DNA of 49,149 nt from an uncultured Candidatus Rokubacteria bacterium (lineage in GTDB: Bacteria > Methylomirabilota > Methylomirabilia > Rokubacteriales > DASRDR01). Shown here one piece after another: positions 1-9,197 of this stretch. The notes under the pieces were generated by a model. That model made no database searches. It saw only the letters and a program-made list of their open reading frames with translations, and was not told the DNA's origin. Both the position numbers and the translations under genes were made by a program. Each line of letters opens with the position of its first letter. The stretch's first letter is position 1. The stretch spans positions 1-49,149 of the forward strand of contig CAVPSB010000043.1 in assembly GCA_963708025.1 (NCBI GenBank). The letters are read 5' to 3'.

Positions 1-39
1 GCCCTGATCGCCGACATCCGCAAGGCCCAGGGCGCCTGA
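1..39 (+). CDS. 3' end of an upstream gene (ALIADIRKAQGA*), product unknown
   Basis: Frame +1 open from the window edge with high-GC codon usage, ending at TGA 37-39. Confidence 0.6.
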   Translation, partial: ALIADIRKAQGA

Positions 40-49
40 CCCCGGACCT

Positions 50-100
50 CGTAGTCGTTGCAAGGAGCGAAAGGCAGGCGAAGAGGAGCGTGGTTCTCAT
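50..100 (-). pseudogene. Signal-peptide-like 5' stub (MRTTLLFACLSLLATT) of a truncated secreted-protein gene downstream of ilvD
   Basis: ATG at 100 on the minus strand gives a basic-then-hydrophobic N-terminus that runs into the convergent gene end at 39. Confidence 0.3.
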
Positions 101-177
101 GGGCGAGAACTGTGCCCGTCCCATGTGATGCGCGCAGCATCGCCGCCGGACTGCGGCGCGGCCCTATCGGACTGTCG

Positions 178-1873
178 TCAGTCTGCGTCAGTCACCGCGC
201 CCAGGGAGGCGGTCGAGACCAGCTTCATGTACTTGGCGAGCAGACCGCTCGTGTAGCGCGGCTTGGGCGCCTTCCACTTCCGGCGGCGTGCCGCGAGCTG
301 CTTTGCCGGCACATTGAGCTGGATGAGCCGCTTCGCCGCATCGATCGTGATGGAATCACCTTCCTTCACGAGCGCGATGGTGCCGCCGACATAGGCTTCG
401 GGAGCTACGTGACCCACCACCATGCCCCAGGTGCCGCCCGAGAAGCGCCCGTCGGTGAGCAGGCCGACCGAGTCGCCGAGGCCCTGACCGATCAGCGCCG
501 AGGTCGGCGCCAGCATCTCCTGCATGCCCGGGGCCGCCCTTCGGGCCCTCGTAGCGGATGACGAGTACGTCACCGGGCTTGATGCGCCTGGCCATGATCG
601 CCTTCATGCAGGCGTTCTCGGAATCGAAGACCCGCGCTGGCCCGGTGATGGAGGTCTTTTTCAGGCCGGTGATCTTGGCGACGCAGCCTTCGGTGGCGAG
701 ATTGCCGCGCAGGATGGCGAGGTGCCCCTGCTTGTACATCGGCCTCGACCAGGGGCGGATCACCTGCTGGTCGGTCCGCGGCTCGTCGGCAACGTCCTTC
801 AGCAAGTCCGCGATTTTTCTTCCTTGGATCGTCATGCAATCGCCGTGCAGCACGTCGTGGCGGAGCAGGATCTTCAGGACCTGCGGCACGCCGCCGGCGC
901 GGTGGAAATCCACCGCGACGAAACGCCCGGAGGGCTTGAGATCGCAGAGCACGGGCACTTTCTTGCGCATGCGCTCGAAGTCGTCGATCGTCCATTTCAC
1001 CCCGGCCGCGCGGGCAATCGCCAGGTAGTGGAGCACGGCATTGGTCGAGCCGCCGGTCGCCATCACCAGCGCCACGGCGTTTTCGATCGACTTGCGCGTG
1101 ATGATGTCGCGCGCCCTGAGATCGTTCCTGATCGCCTCGACCAGCACCCGCGCCGAGGCGGCCGCCGAGTCGGCTTTCTCCAGATCGGGCGAGGCCATCT
1201 GCGAAGAGCCGAGCAGCGACATGCCGAGCGCTTCGAACGAAGAGCTCATGGTGTTGGCGGTGTACATTCCACCGCAGGCGCCCACCGTGGGACAGGCATT
1301 GTTTTCGATGCCCCTGAAATCCTCGTCGCTCATCTTTCCGGCGGCGTAGGCGCCGACCGCCTCGAAGGCCGACACGATCGTGAGGTCCTGACCCTTCCAT
1401 TTCCCCGGCTTGATGGTTCCGCCGTAGACGTATATGCCGGGCACGTTCATGCGCGCCATCGCGATCATGCCGCCCGGCATGTTCTTGTCGCAGCCGCCGA
1501 CGACGAGCACCCCGTCCATCGCCTGGCCGTTGACGCCGGTCTCGATGGCGTCGGCGATCACCTCGCGCGAGACGAGCGAGTATTTCATCGCCTCGGTGCC
1601 CATGCCGATGCCGTCGGTGACCGTCGGCACGCCGAACATCTGCGGCTTGGCGCCCGCCTGCTCCAGCGCCTGCACCGCGCGATCGACCAGCGGCTGGATG
1701 CCGGCGTTGCAGGGGTTCATGGTCGAATGGCCGTTGGCGACGCCGACGATCGGCTTGTCGAAGTCGCCGTCGCGGAAGCCGACCGCGCGCAGCATGGCGC
1801 GGTTCGGCGAGCGCGCCACGCCCTGTGTGATGAGCTGCGAGCGCCGGTTGGGTGGAGACGGTTTCTTTGCCAT
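178..1873 (-). CDS. ilvD: Dihydroxy-acid dehydratase (one frameshift near 528, probably a sequencing error)
   Basis: Motifs [43 protein letters not shown] continuing in another frame as MQEMLAPT...TDGRFSGG...GHVAPEA. RBS AGGAGG upstream of ATG 1873. An extra G in CCCGGGCATG explains the shift. Confidence 0.95.
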
Positions 1874-1945
1874 GGCAAGTCCTCCTGTAGCGCGATTCTG
1901 CGCCGCCGCGGCGGACGAATCCAATGCAATCGGCACGCGTCTGTA

Positions 1946-1960
1946 ATACTCTATAGGTAT
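1946..1960. promoter_or_regulatory. LysR-type binding box ATAC-N7-GTAT (T-N11-A) in the divergent ilvD/lysR intergenic region
   Basis: ATACTCTATAGGTAT at 1946-1960, overlapping the lysR start codon. Matches the BenM/CatR-type LTTR dyad. Confidence 0.7.
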
Positions 1961-2852
1961 GAATCTGCCGGAATTATGGCATTTGCGGTATTTCATTGCA
2001 GTCGCCGAGCGGCTCCATTTCGGCCGCGCCGCCGCGGCGCTGCACATCTCGCAGCCGCCGCTGTCGCGCGCGATCCGCGCGCTCGAGGCCCAGCTCGGCG
2101 TGACGCTGTTCGCACGCTCGCGGCGGCGGGTAGAGCTCACGCCCGAAGGCCTGCGCTTCCTCGACGAGGCGCGACGCATCGGGGCGCAACTCGAGCGCTC
2201 GGTCGCCGAGGTGCGCGGCATCGCCTCGGGCGATCGCGGCCGCTTGCGCATCGGCTTCGTGTCGCTCGCCGATTTCGGCGTGCTGCCGGGACTGCTGAAG
2301 GCCTACAAGACTGCGCGGCCCGGGGTGGCGCTGGCGCTGCGCGAGATGCTCTCGCCCGAGCAGGCCGCGGCACTCGGCGCCGGCGAGCTCGACTTCGGCT
2401 TGCTCCTGCCGCCGGTCGCCAATGCCGCCGAGCTCGAGCACATCGTCGTGCAGCGCGAGCGCTTCGTCGCCGCGCTTCCCTCGCGCCACCGTCTCGCCCG
2501 CGGCCGCGGCCGGCTGCCCGTGCGCGCGCTGGCCGACGAAGCCTTTGTCATGGTGCCGCGCGAGATCGCGCCCGGCCTGTACGATATCGTGAGCGGGCTC
2601 GCGGCGCGCGCGGGCTTCTCACTCAACGTGGCGCAGGAGGCGATACAGATGCAGACGGTAGTGAGCCTCGTGTCGAGCGGGCTCGGCGCGGCGATCGTGC
2701 CCGGATCGATCGCCAATCTCGGCCGGCGCGGCGTCGTGTATCGCGAGATCGCCGATCCACACCCGCGGCTCGATCTTTGGCTCGCGTGGCGCGGCCCGCT
2801 CGGGACAGCCGCCCGGGAGTTCGCGGCGCAGGCGCGGCAACTGGCGCGTTAG
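1959..2852 (+). CDS. LysR family transcriptional regulator divergent from ilvD
   Basis: N-terminal [38 protein letters not shown] plus LTTR substrate domain, 297 aa. Confidence 0.95.
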   Translation: MNLPELWHLRYFIAVAERLHFGRAAAALHISQPPLSRAIRALEAQLGVTLFARSRRRVELTPEGLRFLDEARRIGAQLERSVAEVRGIASGDRGRLRIGFVSLADFGVLPGLLKAYKTARPGVALALREMLSPEQAAALGAGELDFGLLLPPVANAAELEHIVVQRERFVAALPSRHRLARGRGRLPVRALADEAFVMVPREIAPGLYDIVSGLAARAGFSLNVAQEAIQMQTVVSLVSSGLGAAIVPGSIANLGRRGVVYREIADPHPRLDLWLAWRGPLGTAAREFAAQARQLAR

Positions 2853-2855
2853 GCA

Positions 2856-2932
2856 ATGCTCGTACACCCGAATGTCAACCTCATAGTCTTCAAGCTGGCC
2901 CGCTCGCGGTGCGCTGGTACGGGCTCATGTAC
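2856..2932 (+). pseudogene. lgt: 5' stub of prolipoprotein diacylglyceryl transferase
   Basis: MLVHPNVNLIVFK then, one base shifted, GPLAVRWYGLMY, the characteristic Lgt N-terminus. Similarity stops abruptly just before the repeat at 2952. Confidence 0.8.
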
Positions 2933-2951
2933 CCCGCTAGTCAGGCCCCGA

Positions 2952-3047
2952 TTCCCTCTCCCCCTTGGGGGAGAGGGTTAGGGTGAGGAGGGACCCAGGC
3001 TCCCTATCGACCCTCACCCCGACCCTCTCCCTGGAAGGGAGAGGGAA
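2952..3047. repeat. REP/MITE-like inverted doublet (CCCTCTCCC..GGGAGAGGG-GGGTGAGG type)
   Basis: Unit 1 TTCCCTCTCCCCCTTGGGGGAGAGGGTTAGGGTGAGG (2952-2988) and inverted unit 2 CCCTCACCCCGACCCTCTCCCTGGAAGGGAGAGGGAA (3011-3047). Each unit is itself a hairpin. Confidence 0.85.
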
Positions 3048-3689
3048 CTCCTGGATCGGGGAGGCGCCGTCCAGCCGGGCCGCCTCGTAGAGCTCGCCGG
3101 GGATGGCCTGGAGCCCGGCCAGGAAGCTCATCGTGTAGAACGGGCTCCCGGTCCAGACCGCCACCGCGATGACGGCCCACATCGCGAGCCGGGGATGGGC
3201 CAGCCAGGCCACGACGTTCGTGGTCAGGCCGAGGGCCAGGAGCACGTTGTTGAGCATCCCGCTGAACTCGTCGTAGACCCACCGCCAGTTGAGCGCGGCG
3301 ACGACCGTCGGGATCGCCCACGGGACGAACAGGACCGTGCGCCACACCTGGTTCAGCGGGCGCGGCCGGGCGAGCACGAGCGCCGCGGCGAGGCCGAGCA
3401 CGAACTTGATCGCGACCGCCACCGCCGTGTAGAAGATCGTGTTCCAGACGATCGTGTGGAAGACCGCGTTGCCGAGCAGCTCCCCGTAGTTCCCGAGCCC
3501 GACGAAGCGACCCGGCGTGCCGGCGTGCTTCTCCTGGAAGCTGATCCAGATCGCCGAGCCGAACGGGTACACGACCACGCTGGCCAGGACCACGAGCGTC
3601 GGGAGGAGGAAGACGAAGGCGATCGCCCGCTGATCGTTCTTGAGCCGCTCCCACCGGGAGGGCGCGACGGGACCCGGGCGCGGCGTCAC
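3048..3689 (-). pseudogene. Carbohydrate ABC transporter permease (MalF/UgpA type), 3'-truncated at the repeat
   Basis: GTG 3689 overlaps the upstream stop. FVGLGNY and TM helices present. EAA loop ELYEAARLDGASPIQEF then reads into the REP element, so the C-terminal helices are missing. Confidence 0.85.
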
Positions 3690-4840
3690 GCGGCTCCCGC
3701 CGCCGCGCCGACCGGCACCACGCGGCCGGCGCGGACGGTGAGCACCGGCTCCCACGACCCGCCCGGCCGCTCGACACCCGCCGTGTCGCGGAGCGGCGCC
3801 GGCGCGGGGTTCCAGGCGAGCACGGCCAGGTCCCCGCCGGCCCCGGGCGCCAGCGTCCCCGCCTCGCCGGCCAGGCCGAGGACGGCGGCCGGCCGCGCCG
3901 TCACCCGGGCGAACGCCTCCGTCTCCGGCATCCCAACCGCCAGCAGCTTGGAGAGCGTCCGGGGGAGGTCGTGGCGGGGGCTCGTGGCGAGGTGCCGTGC
4001 GTAGCGGTCCGTCGAGATCGTGTCCGGAAGGAAGCCCTCCGCGACCGCGCGCTCCGCCACCTCGAAGCTGAACGAGCTCATGCCGTGGCCGACGTCGAAG
4101 AGGACGCCCCGCTCGCGGGCGGCCCAGGCCGTGTCCCGCACCCGGCCGCCCGCCAGCAGTCCCTCCGGCTGGCCGTTGAAGCAGTAGGTCACGACGTCGC
4201 CGGCCCGCAGCCGCTCGAGCTGCGCGTCCATCGACCAGTCGTCGTGGCGCCGGCTCCCGAAGAGGAGCGGGAGGCCGGTCTCCGAGGCCGCGGCGAGGGC
4301 CCGGTCCAGGACGGCCCGCGGGTCGGTCGGGCCGCACGGCATCCGGCCGACGTTCACCGCGATCCCCCAGATCGTCCCGGCCCCGTCCCGCGCGCCGCGC
4401 ACGCACGCCGCCACGTCGGCGTCGGCCAGCGACTCGAAGCAGCCCTCGGGCATCGACTCCCCGCGCCGCGAGAGGTTGAGGGCGACCCGCACCCGGGTGC
4501 GGGAGCCCTCGACCACCGCCGCCTGGTAGCGGGGCCAGTCGTCGGCGCCCGCATCCCCCTGGGACAGCACGGTCGTGGTCCCGTAGGGCAGGAGGTGGAG
4601 GTCGGGGTCGACGCCGTACTTGGAGCCGCCGCGCCCCGGGTGGGCGTGGAGGTCGATCAGCCCGGGCAGCACCACCGCCTCCGGGAACCGGAAGGTCTCG
4701 GGGCCGGCGGCCGCGATGCCCGGCCCGACGGCGGCGATGCGGTCGCCCGCGATCGCGACCGCGCCCGGCCCGTCCAGCCCGGTCGCCGGGCACACCACTC
4801 GGCCGGCGTGGATCACGAGGTCATATCGGGGCTCCGCCAT
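3686..4840 (-). CDS. Amidohydrolase/deacetylase family metallohydrolase (dihydroorotase-like)
   Basis: PGLIDLHAH, GTTTV, FDVGHG, PDTISTD, VTARPA..LG, GTLAPG motifs. ATG at 4840. Confidence 0.85.
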   Translation of the reverse strand: MAEPRYDLVIHAGRVVCPATGLDGPGAVAIAGDRIAAVGPGIAAAGPETFRFPEAVVLPGLIDLHAHPGRGGSKYGVDPDLHLLPYGTTTVLSQGDAGADDWPRYQAAVVEGSRTRVRVALNLSRRGESMPEGCFESLADADVAACVRGARDGAGTIWGIAVNVGRMPCGPTDPRAVLDRALAAASETGLPLLFGSRRHDDWSMDAQLERLRAGDVVTYCFNGQPEGLLAGGRVRDTAWAARERGVLFDVGHGMSSFSFEVAERAVAEGFLPDTISTDRYARHLATSPRHDLPRTLSKLLAVGMPETEAFARVTARPAAVLGLAGEAGTLAPGAGGDLAVLAWNPAPAPLRDTAGVERPGGSWEPVLTVRAGRVVPVGAAAGAA

Positions 4841-4851
4841 CGGCTCCCCGG

Positions 4852-5493
4852 TCAGGCCGGGGAGCGCCGGCGAAGGTCCAGGACGAAGTCGAAGCTCGCG
4901 AGCTTGACGCCCTCCGCGTCCCGGACCTTCATCACCAGGGCGGGGTTGAAGATGAAGTCCCGCTGGTTGGCCGGGTCGCCGGGGAAGTAGAGCTGGGTGG
5001 TCAGCGGCCGCTGGTTCGGCGCCTGCACCTTCACGTGGAAATGGCGGGCGCGTCCGGGGTAAAGCCCGGGCACGACGCTCTCCAGGCGGTAGCGCCCGGC
5101 ATCGTCGGTGAACTGGTGCCCCCGCATCCGGAAGCCCGCGTTGTCGTAGCGCCCCTGGGCGTCGGCCTGCCAGAAGTCCAACAGGACCCGCGGGATGGGC
5201 TGGCAGTCCGTGCCGAGCACGGCGCCCTCCACCACGATCCGCGGGCCCGACAGGCCCGGCTCCAGGAGCGAGGCCCGGAGCGGCGAGCTCGGCTTGAAGT
5301 AGGGGCCCTCGGTCTGGGACGGCGTGGTCGCACCCCCGTCCCCGCAGGCCGGCGTCGGCTCGATCCGGGAGCCCTGGGCCGCGGCTCCCGGTAGCTCGAC
5401 GATCACGCTGGTGATGGCGAGGGCGGCGGGCACCCCGACCGACACTCCCAGGAACTCGCGACGGGTCTGGCTGCGCTCGGGATCCGTTGTCAT
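4852..5493 (-). CDS. Intradiol ring-cleavage dioxygenase family protein with Tat signal
   Basis: TRREFL twin-arginine motif; EGPYF, DFWQADAQGRYD, RGHQFTD, PGLYPGRARHFH (Tyr, Tyr, His-x-His iron ligands), TTQLYF. Confidence 0.9.
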   Translation of the reverse strand: MTTDPERSQTRREFLGVSVGVPAALAITSVIVELPGAAAQGSRIEPTPACGDGGATTPSQTEGPYFKPSSPLRASLLEPGLSGPRIVVEGAVLGTDCQPIPRVLLDFWQADAQGRYDNAGFRMRGHQFTDDAGRYRLESVVPGLYPGRARHFHVKVQAPNQRPLTTQLYFPGDPANQRDFIFNPALVMKVRDAEGVKLASFDFVLDLRRRSPA

Positions 5494-5622
5494 GCTGCGT
5501 CCTTCCTCCGTTCATCGGTCGATCGGCCGGCGGGGCGGTCCACGCGGCCGGTAGGTGCTGATGTCAACGTCGCGTCTCCGATTATCCCCCAGCCCGTCCC
5601 CGGGTGCTACCATGGCGCCCCG

Positions 5623-7475
5623 ATGCGGTTGGTTCTGGCCGGGCTGGCCCTCTCGCTCTCGGTGGAGACCTATGTGCACACGGCGAACAACGCCTTCACC
5701 GCGCCTGGCTTCACCGCATGGGTGCTGAGCATCGGCGTGTGGATGGTGGTCCTCGCCCAGCGTCCTCCGGACACGTTGCTCGCCGATGGGCGCCGGTGGG
5801 TCACACTGCTCCCGGCCCGTGTCCGGGGATCGGCGCGCGTCGGCATCCTGCCACTGATCGCCCTGGCCGCCATCATGGGCACCGCCATCTTCTTTCGCGT
5901 GCACCGGCTCGATGGGATTCCCGACGAGATGACCAGCGACCACGTCGAGAAGCTCCTGGACGCCCATGCCGTCGCGGCAGGGCACCTTCACGTCTTCTTC
6001 CCACACAACGGTGGCGCGAGGCGTTTCAGTTCTATCTCGTCCCCCTGGTCGCGTGGCTCTCCGGAACCGGCTTCGGGTTCATGTCGCTGAAGATCGCCTC
6101 CGGCCTGGAAGCGCTGGCTCTCGTCCCGCTGATGATCCGGCTCGGTCACCGCGCCGTCGATCGCGAGACCGGCGTCTACGCCGCCGCCCTCCTCTCGATC
6201 TCGTGGTGGCACACGATGCTCGGACGGCTGGCGCTGCGCATCGTCATGACCCCCCTGGTCTTCTCGCTCGTCCTCATCACCCTGATCCAGGGCATCCGGA
6301 CCGGTGAGCGCCGACCGTGGCTGTGGGCCGGGTTCTGGATGGGGTGTGGGGTCTACGCGTATCAGGCGCTGCGCCTGACGCCGGCGGTCGCCCTGCTGGC
6401 TTTCACGATCGCGGTCGCCGGCCCGGTGACGCGAGCCGCCATCGCCCGGGTCCGCCATCGCGTCGATGCCCCCGCGCTCCGGGTGATGGCCGTCCGCGCG
6501 GTATCGCGGCAAGGCCTGAACCTGCTCTGCTCGGGCCTGGTCGCGCTGGCGGTCTGCGTGCCGATGCTGCGTTACTGGCGCGACTCACCCGACGACCTGT
6601 GGCGGCGCGCACTCACCCGGATGACCGCTCGTGAGGTCGGCATCCACGGACCACCCCTCGAAGTGCTCGCCGGCAACTACGTCACGGCCCTCGGCATGTT
6701 CAACGTCAAGGGTGACGGTTCGTGGTTCAGCGCGGTGCCCGGGGCGCCGATGCTGGACACGATCACGGGCGCGCTCCTCGTCCTCGGCCTGATCGCGTGG
6801 CTGGTCCGCCTGATCGCTCGCCGTGATCCGGTCGATTCCTTTCTGCTCGCGGCAGGGCTGGTCATGCTGCTGCCATCCGCGCTCGCGCTGGCGTTTCCCA
6901 TCGAGAACCCCAGCGCGACCCGCGCGAGCGGAACGATCCCGATCGTGTTCCTGATGGCGGCCTGGCCGCTCGCGCTGATTCGCCAGGGGGCGCGCGCCGT
7001 GCTGGGCCGCGGCCCCGGCACCCTGCTGGCGGGAGCCGTCATCGCCCTGCTCCTGGCCGGCTCCGCCGCCGCGAACTACCATCGCTACTTCGTCGAGTAC
7101 GACGCGTCCTACCGGCGAGGCGCGCTGAACCCCGGCGAGGTCGCTCGCGCCGTACGCGACGTGATCGGCAAGGACACGCCCGTGGACGGCGTGTGGCTGG
7201 AAGGCTGGCCCTTCTGGCACGATTACCGGGCGATCGGGATCGAGGCCGGGGATCTGGCGTTCAAGAATGCCCTCCTCGACGGGCCGGCGCTGGAGCACCA
7301 CCTGGCGCGGGTTCCCGAGCGGTTCACGATCCGACCGCTGGTGTTCATCGTGCATCCAAGGGACGCCGCCGCGCTCGACGTCCTGAAACGGCACTTCCCG
7401 ACCGGCCAGCCACGTCCCTATCGGGGCCGGATGGAGCACCGCGAGTTCGTGCTCTTCGTCGTCCCACGCGAGTAG
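5623..7475 (+). CDS. Membrane glycosyltransferase, GT-C/GT39 (ArnT/PMT-like), one frameshift near 6015
   Basis: FRVHRLDGIPDEMTSDH, FFPHNGG joined to REAFQFYL, multiple TM helices. Two overlapping ORFs join on restoring one base. Confidence 0.75.
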
Positions 7476-7496
7476 CCCGTCGGTCGGGTGGTGCGC

Positions 7497-7526
7497 TTGC
7501 CGCCCAGGGACGGCTTCGCCTATGAT
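7497..7526 (+). promoter_or_regulatory. Putative sigma70 promoter for the deacetylase-SDR-ABC operon
   Basis: TTGCCG (7497-7502), 18 bp spacer, TATGAT (7521-7526). Confidence 0.45.
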
Positions 7527-7592
7527 CGACCCGCCGAGGCGGCGGTGTCGCGAGCCGCGAACCCGAGACCCGACGAGAGGGAGCCGACCCCG

Positions 7593-8420
7593 ATGGCACA
7601 AGCGGTGAGCTGGCCGAACGGTGCCCGGTGCGCCGTGATGCTGACCTTCGACCTGGACGGCGAGAGCCCCTGGATCCACCGCGACCCGGCGCTGGCCGAG
7701 CGGCCGCTCCACATGTCGATGGGCGCCTACGGGCCGAAGACCGGGGCGCCGCGCCTGCTGGAGCTGCTGGACCGCTACGGCATCCAGACCTGCTTCTTCA
7801 TCCCGGGCTGGATCGTGGAGCGCTACCCGGCCCTGTGCGAGGAGATCGTGCGCCGCGGCCACGAGGTGGGCCACCACGGCTACCTCCACGAGAAGCCGTT
7901 CTTCATGAAGAGCCGGGACGAGGAGGAAGAGCTGCTCCAGAAGAGCCTCGACGTCTTCCAGAAGGTCCTCGGGGTGAAGCCGCTGGGCGCCCGGGCCCCG
8001 TCGGCGGATCCCAGCCCGCACACCATGGACCTCCTCAAGCAGCACGGCTTCGTCTATCACTCGAACGCGCTCGACACCGACCTCCCCTACTGCCACCAGA
8101 CGCCCCATGGCCCCCTGGTCGAGTTCCCCACCGCCTGGTGCAACAACGACGCTCCCTTCTTCATGTTCAGCTCGGTGCCGCCGGTGGGCAACGGGATCTG
8201 GAGCCAGCAGGACGTCTGGGAGATCTGGTCCGAGGAGTTCGAGGGCATGTACGCCGAGGGCGGCTTCTACAACTGGCTCGGCCATCCCCAGATCGTCGGC
8301 CGGCCGTCGCGGGTGCGCATGCTGGAGCGGCTGATCCAGCTCATCCTCGGGAAGCGCAGCGTCTGGTGGCCGAAGCCGATCGAGCTGGCCCGGTTCTGGC
8401 TCACGCGGGCCACCCCCTGA
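7593..8420 (+). CDS. Polysaccharide deacetylase family protein (PuuE/HpPgdA-like CE4)
   Basis: WPNGARCAVMLTFDLDGE, YGPKTGAPRLL, GHEVGHHGYLHE, RAPS, HPQIVGRPSR. Confidence 0.9.
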   Translation: MAQAVSWPNGARCAVMLTFDLDGESPWIHRDPALAERPLHMSMGAYGPKTGAPRLLELLDRYGIQTCFFIPGWIVERYPALCEEIVRRGHEVGHHGYLHEKPFFMKSRDEEEELLQKSLDVFQKVLGVKPLGARAPSADPSPHTMDLLKQHGFVYHSNALDTDLPYCHQTPHGPLVEFPTAWCNNDAPFFMFSSVPPVGNGIWSQQDVWEIWSEEFEGMYAEGGFYNWLGHPQIVGRPSRVRMLERLIQLILGKRSVWWPKPIELARFWLTRATP

Positions 8421-9181
8421 TGGCCCTTCTCGAGAAGCGGGTCGCGCTGGTGACCGGCGCCAGCCGCGGCTTCGGCCGGGCCATCGCCCTCGCCTTCGCG
8501 GCGGAGGGGGCCGCGGTCGTCGTGAACTACGTCGGCAGTCGCCCCCAGGCCGAGGAGGTGGCGGCCACCATCCGCGACCTGGGGCGGGACGCCGTCGTCG
8601 TCCGCGCCGACGTGGCGCGCGAGGACGACGTGCGCCACCTGGTCGAGGCGACCCTCACCCGGTTCGGCCGGCTGGATGTCCTTGTCAACAACGCCGGCAT
8701 CATGACGCACGGCCCCTTCCTCGAGGTCGCGGTGGCCGACTACGATCGGATGCTGGCGGTCAACGTGGTCGGCACCATGCTGTGCACGCGGGCGGCCCTG
8801 CCGGCGATGATCGAGCGGGGCCACGGCCGCATCATCAACCTCTCCTCGCAGCTCGGGACCATCGGGGGCGTGGCGGGTGGCGGCCAGGCCGCTTACGCCG
8901 CCACCAAGGGGGCGATCGACTCCTTCACCAAGGCCATCGCCCGCGAGTTCGGCCACCACGGCATCACCGCCAACGCCATCGCGCCAGGCTCGATCGAGAC
9001 CGACATGAGCCGGGCCGTGATGACGCCCGAGTTCAAGGCGCGGCGGATCCAGGAGCTGCCGGTCCGCCGGATGGGGACCGTGGAGGACGTCGCCCACGTC
9101 GCCGTGTTCCTGGCCTCCGAGGCATCGGGGTTCCTCACCGGCCAGATCGTCCACGCCAGCGGCGGCCTCGTCATGGTCTGA
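8420..9181 (+). CDS. Short-chain dehydrogenase/reductase (FabG-like)
   Basis: TGASRGFG, NNAG, catalytic S and YAATK. Start overlaps the upstream stop. Confidence 0.93.
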   Translation: MALLEKRVALVTGASRGFGRAIALAFAAEGAAVVVNYVGSRPQAEEVAATIRDLGRDAVVVRADVAREDDVRHLVEATLTRFGRLDVLVNNAGIMTHGPFLEVAVADYDRMLAVNVVGTMLCTRAALPAMIERGHGRIINLSSQLGTIGGVAGGGQAAYAATKGAIDSFTKAIAREFGHHGITANAIAPGSIETDMSRAVMTPEFKARRIQELPVRRMGTVEDVAHVAVFLASEASGFLTGQIVHASGGLVMV

Positions 9182-9197
9182 CAGGGAGGCGACATCG

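Noticed and set aside
93-125. Hairpin or pseudoknot GTTCTC-ATGGGC-GAGAAC..GCCCGT as a structured RNA
   Set aside because: Short, no match to a family I recognise, and it overlaps the start of the truncated minus-strand gene stub.
500-560. Programmed ribosomal frameshift in ilvD
   Set aside because: No slippery heptamer; same single-base indel pattern as in many unrelated genes in the window.
524-2986. 820-aa + strand ORF and the many other long overlapping ORFs (e.g. 42027-44456, 45957-48419, 46244-48577)
   Set aside because: Antisense or off-frame shadows of real genes in very GC-rich DNA; Arg/Pro/Gly-rich with no motifs.
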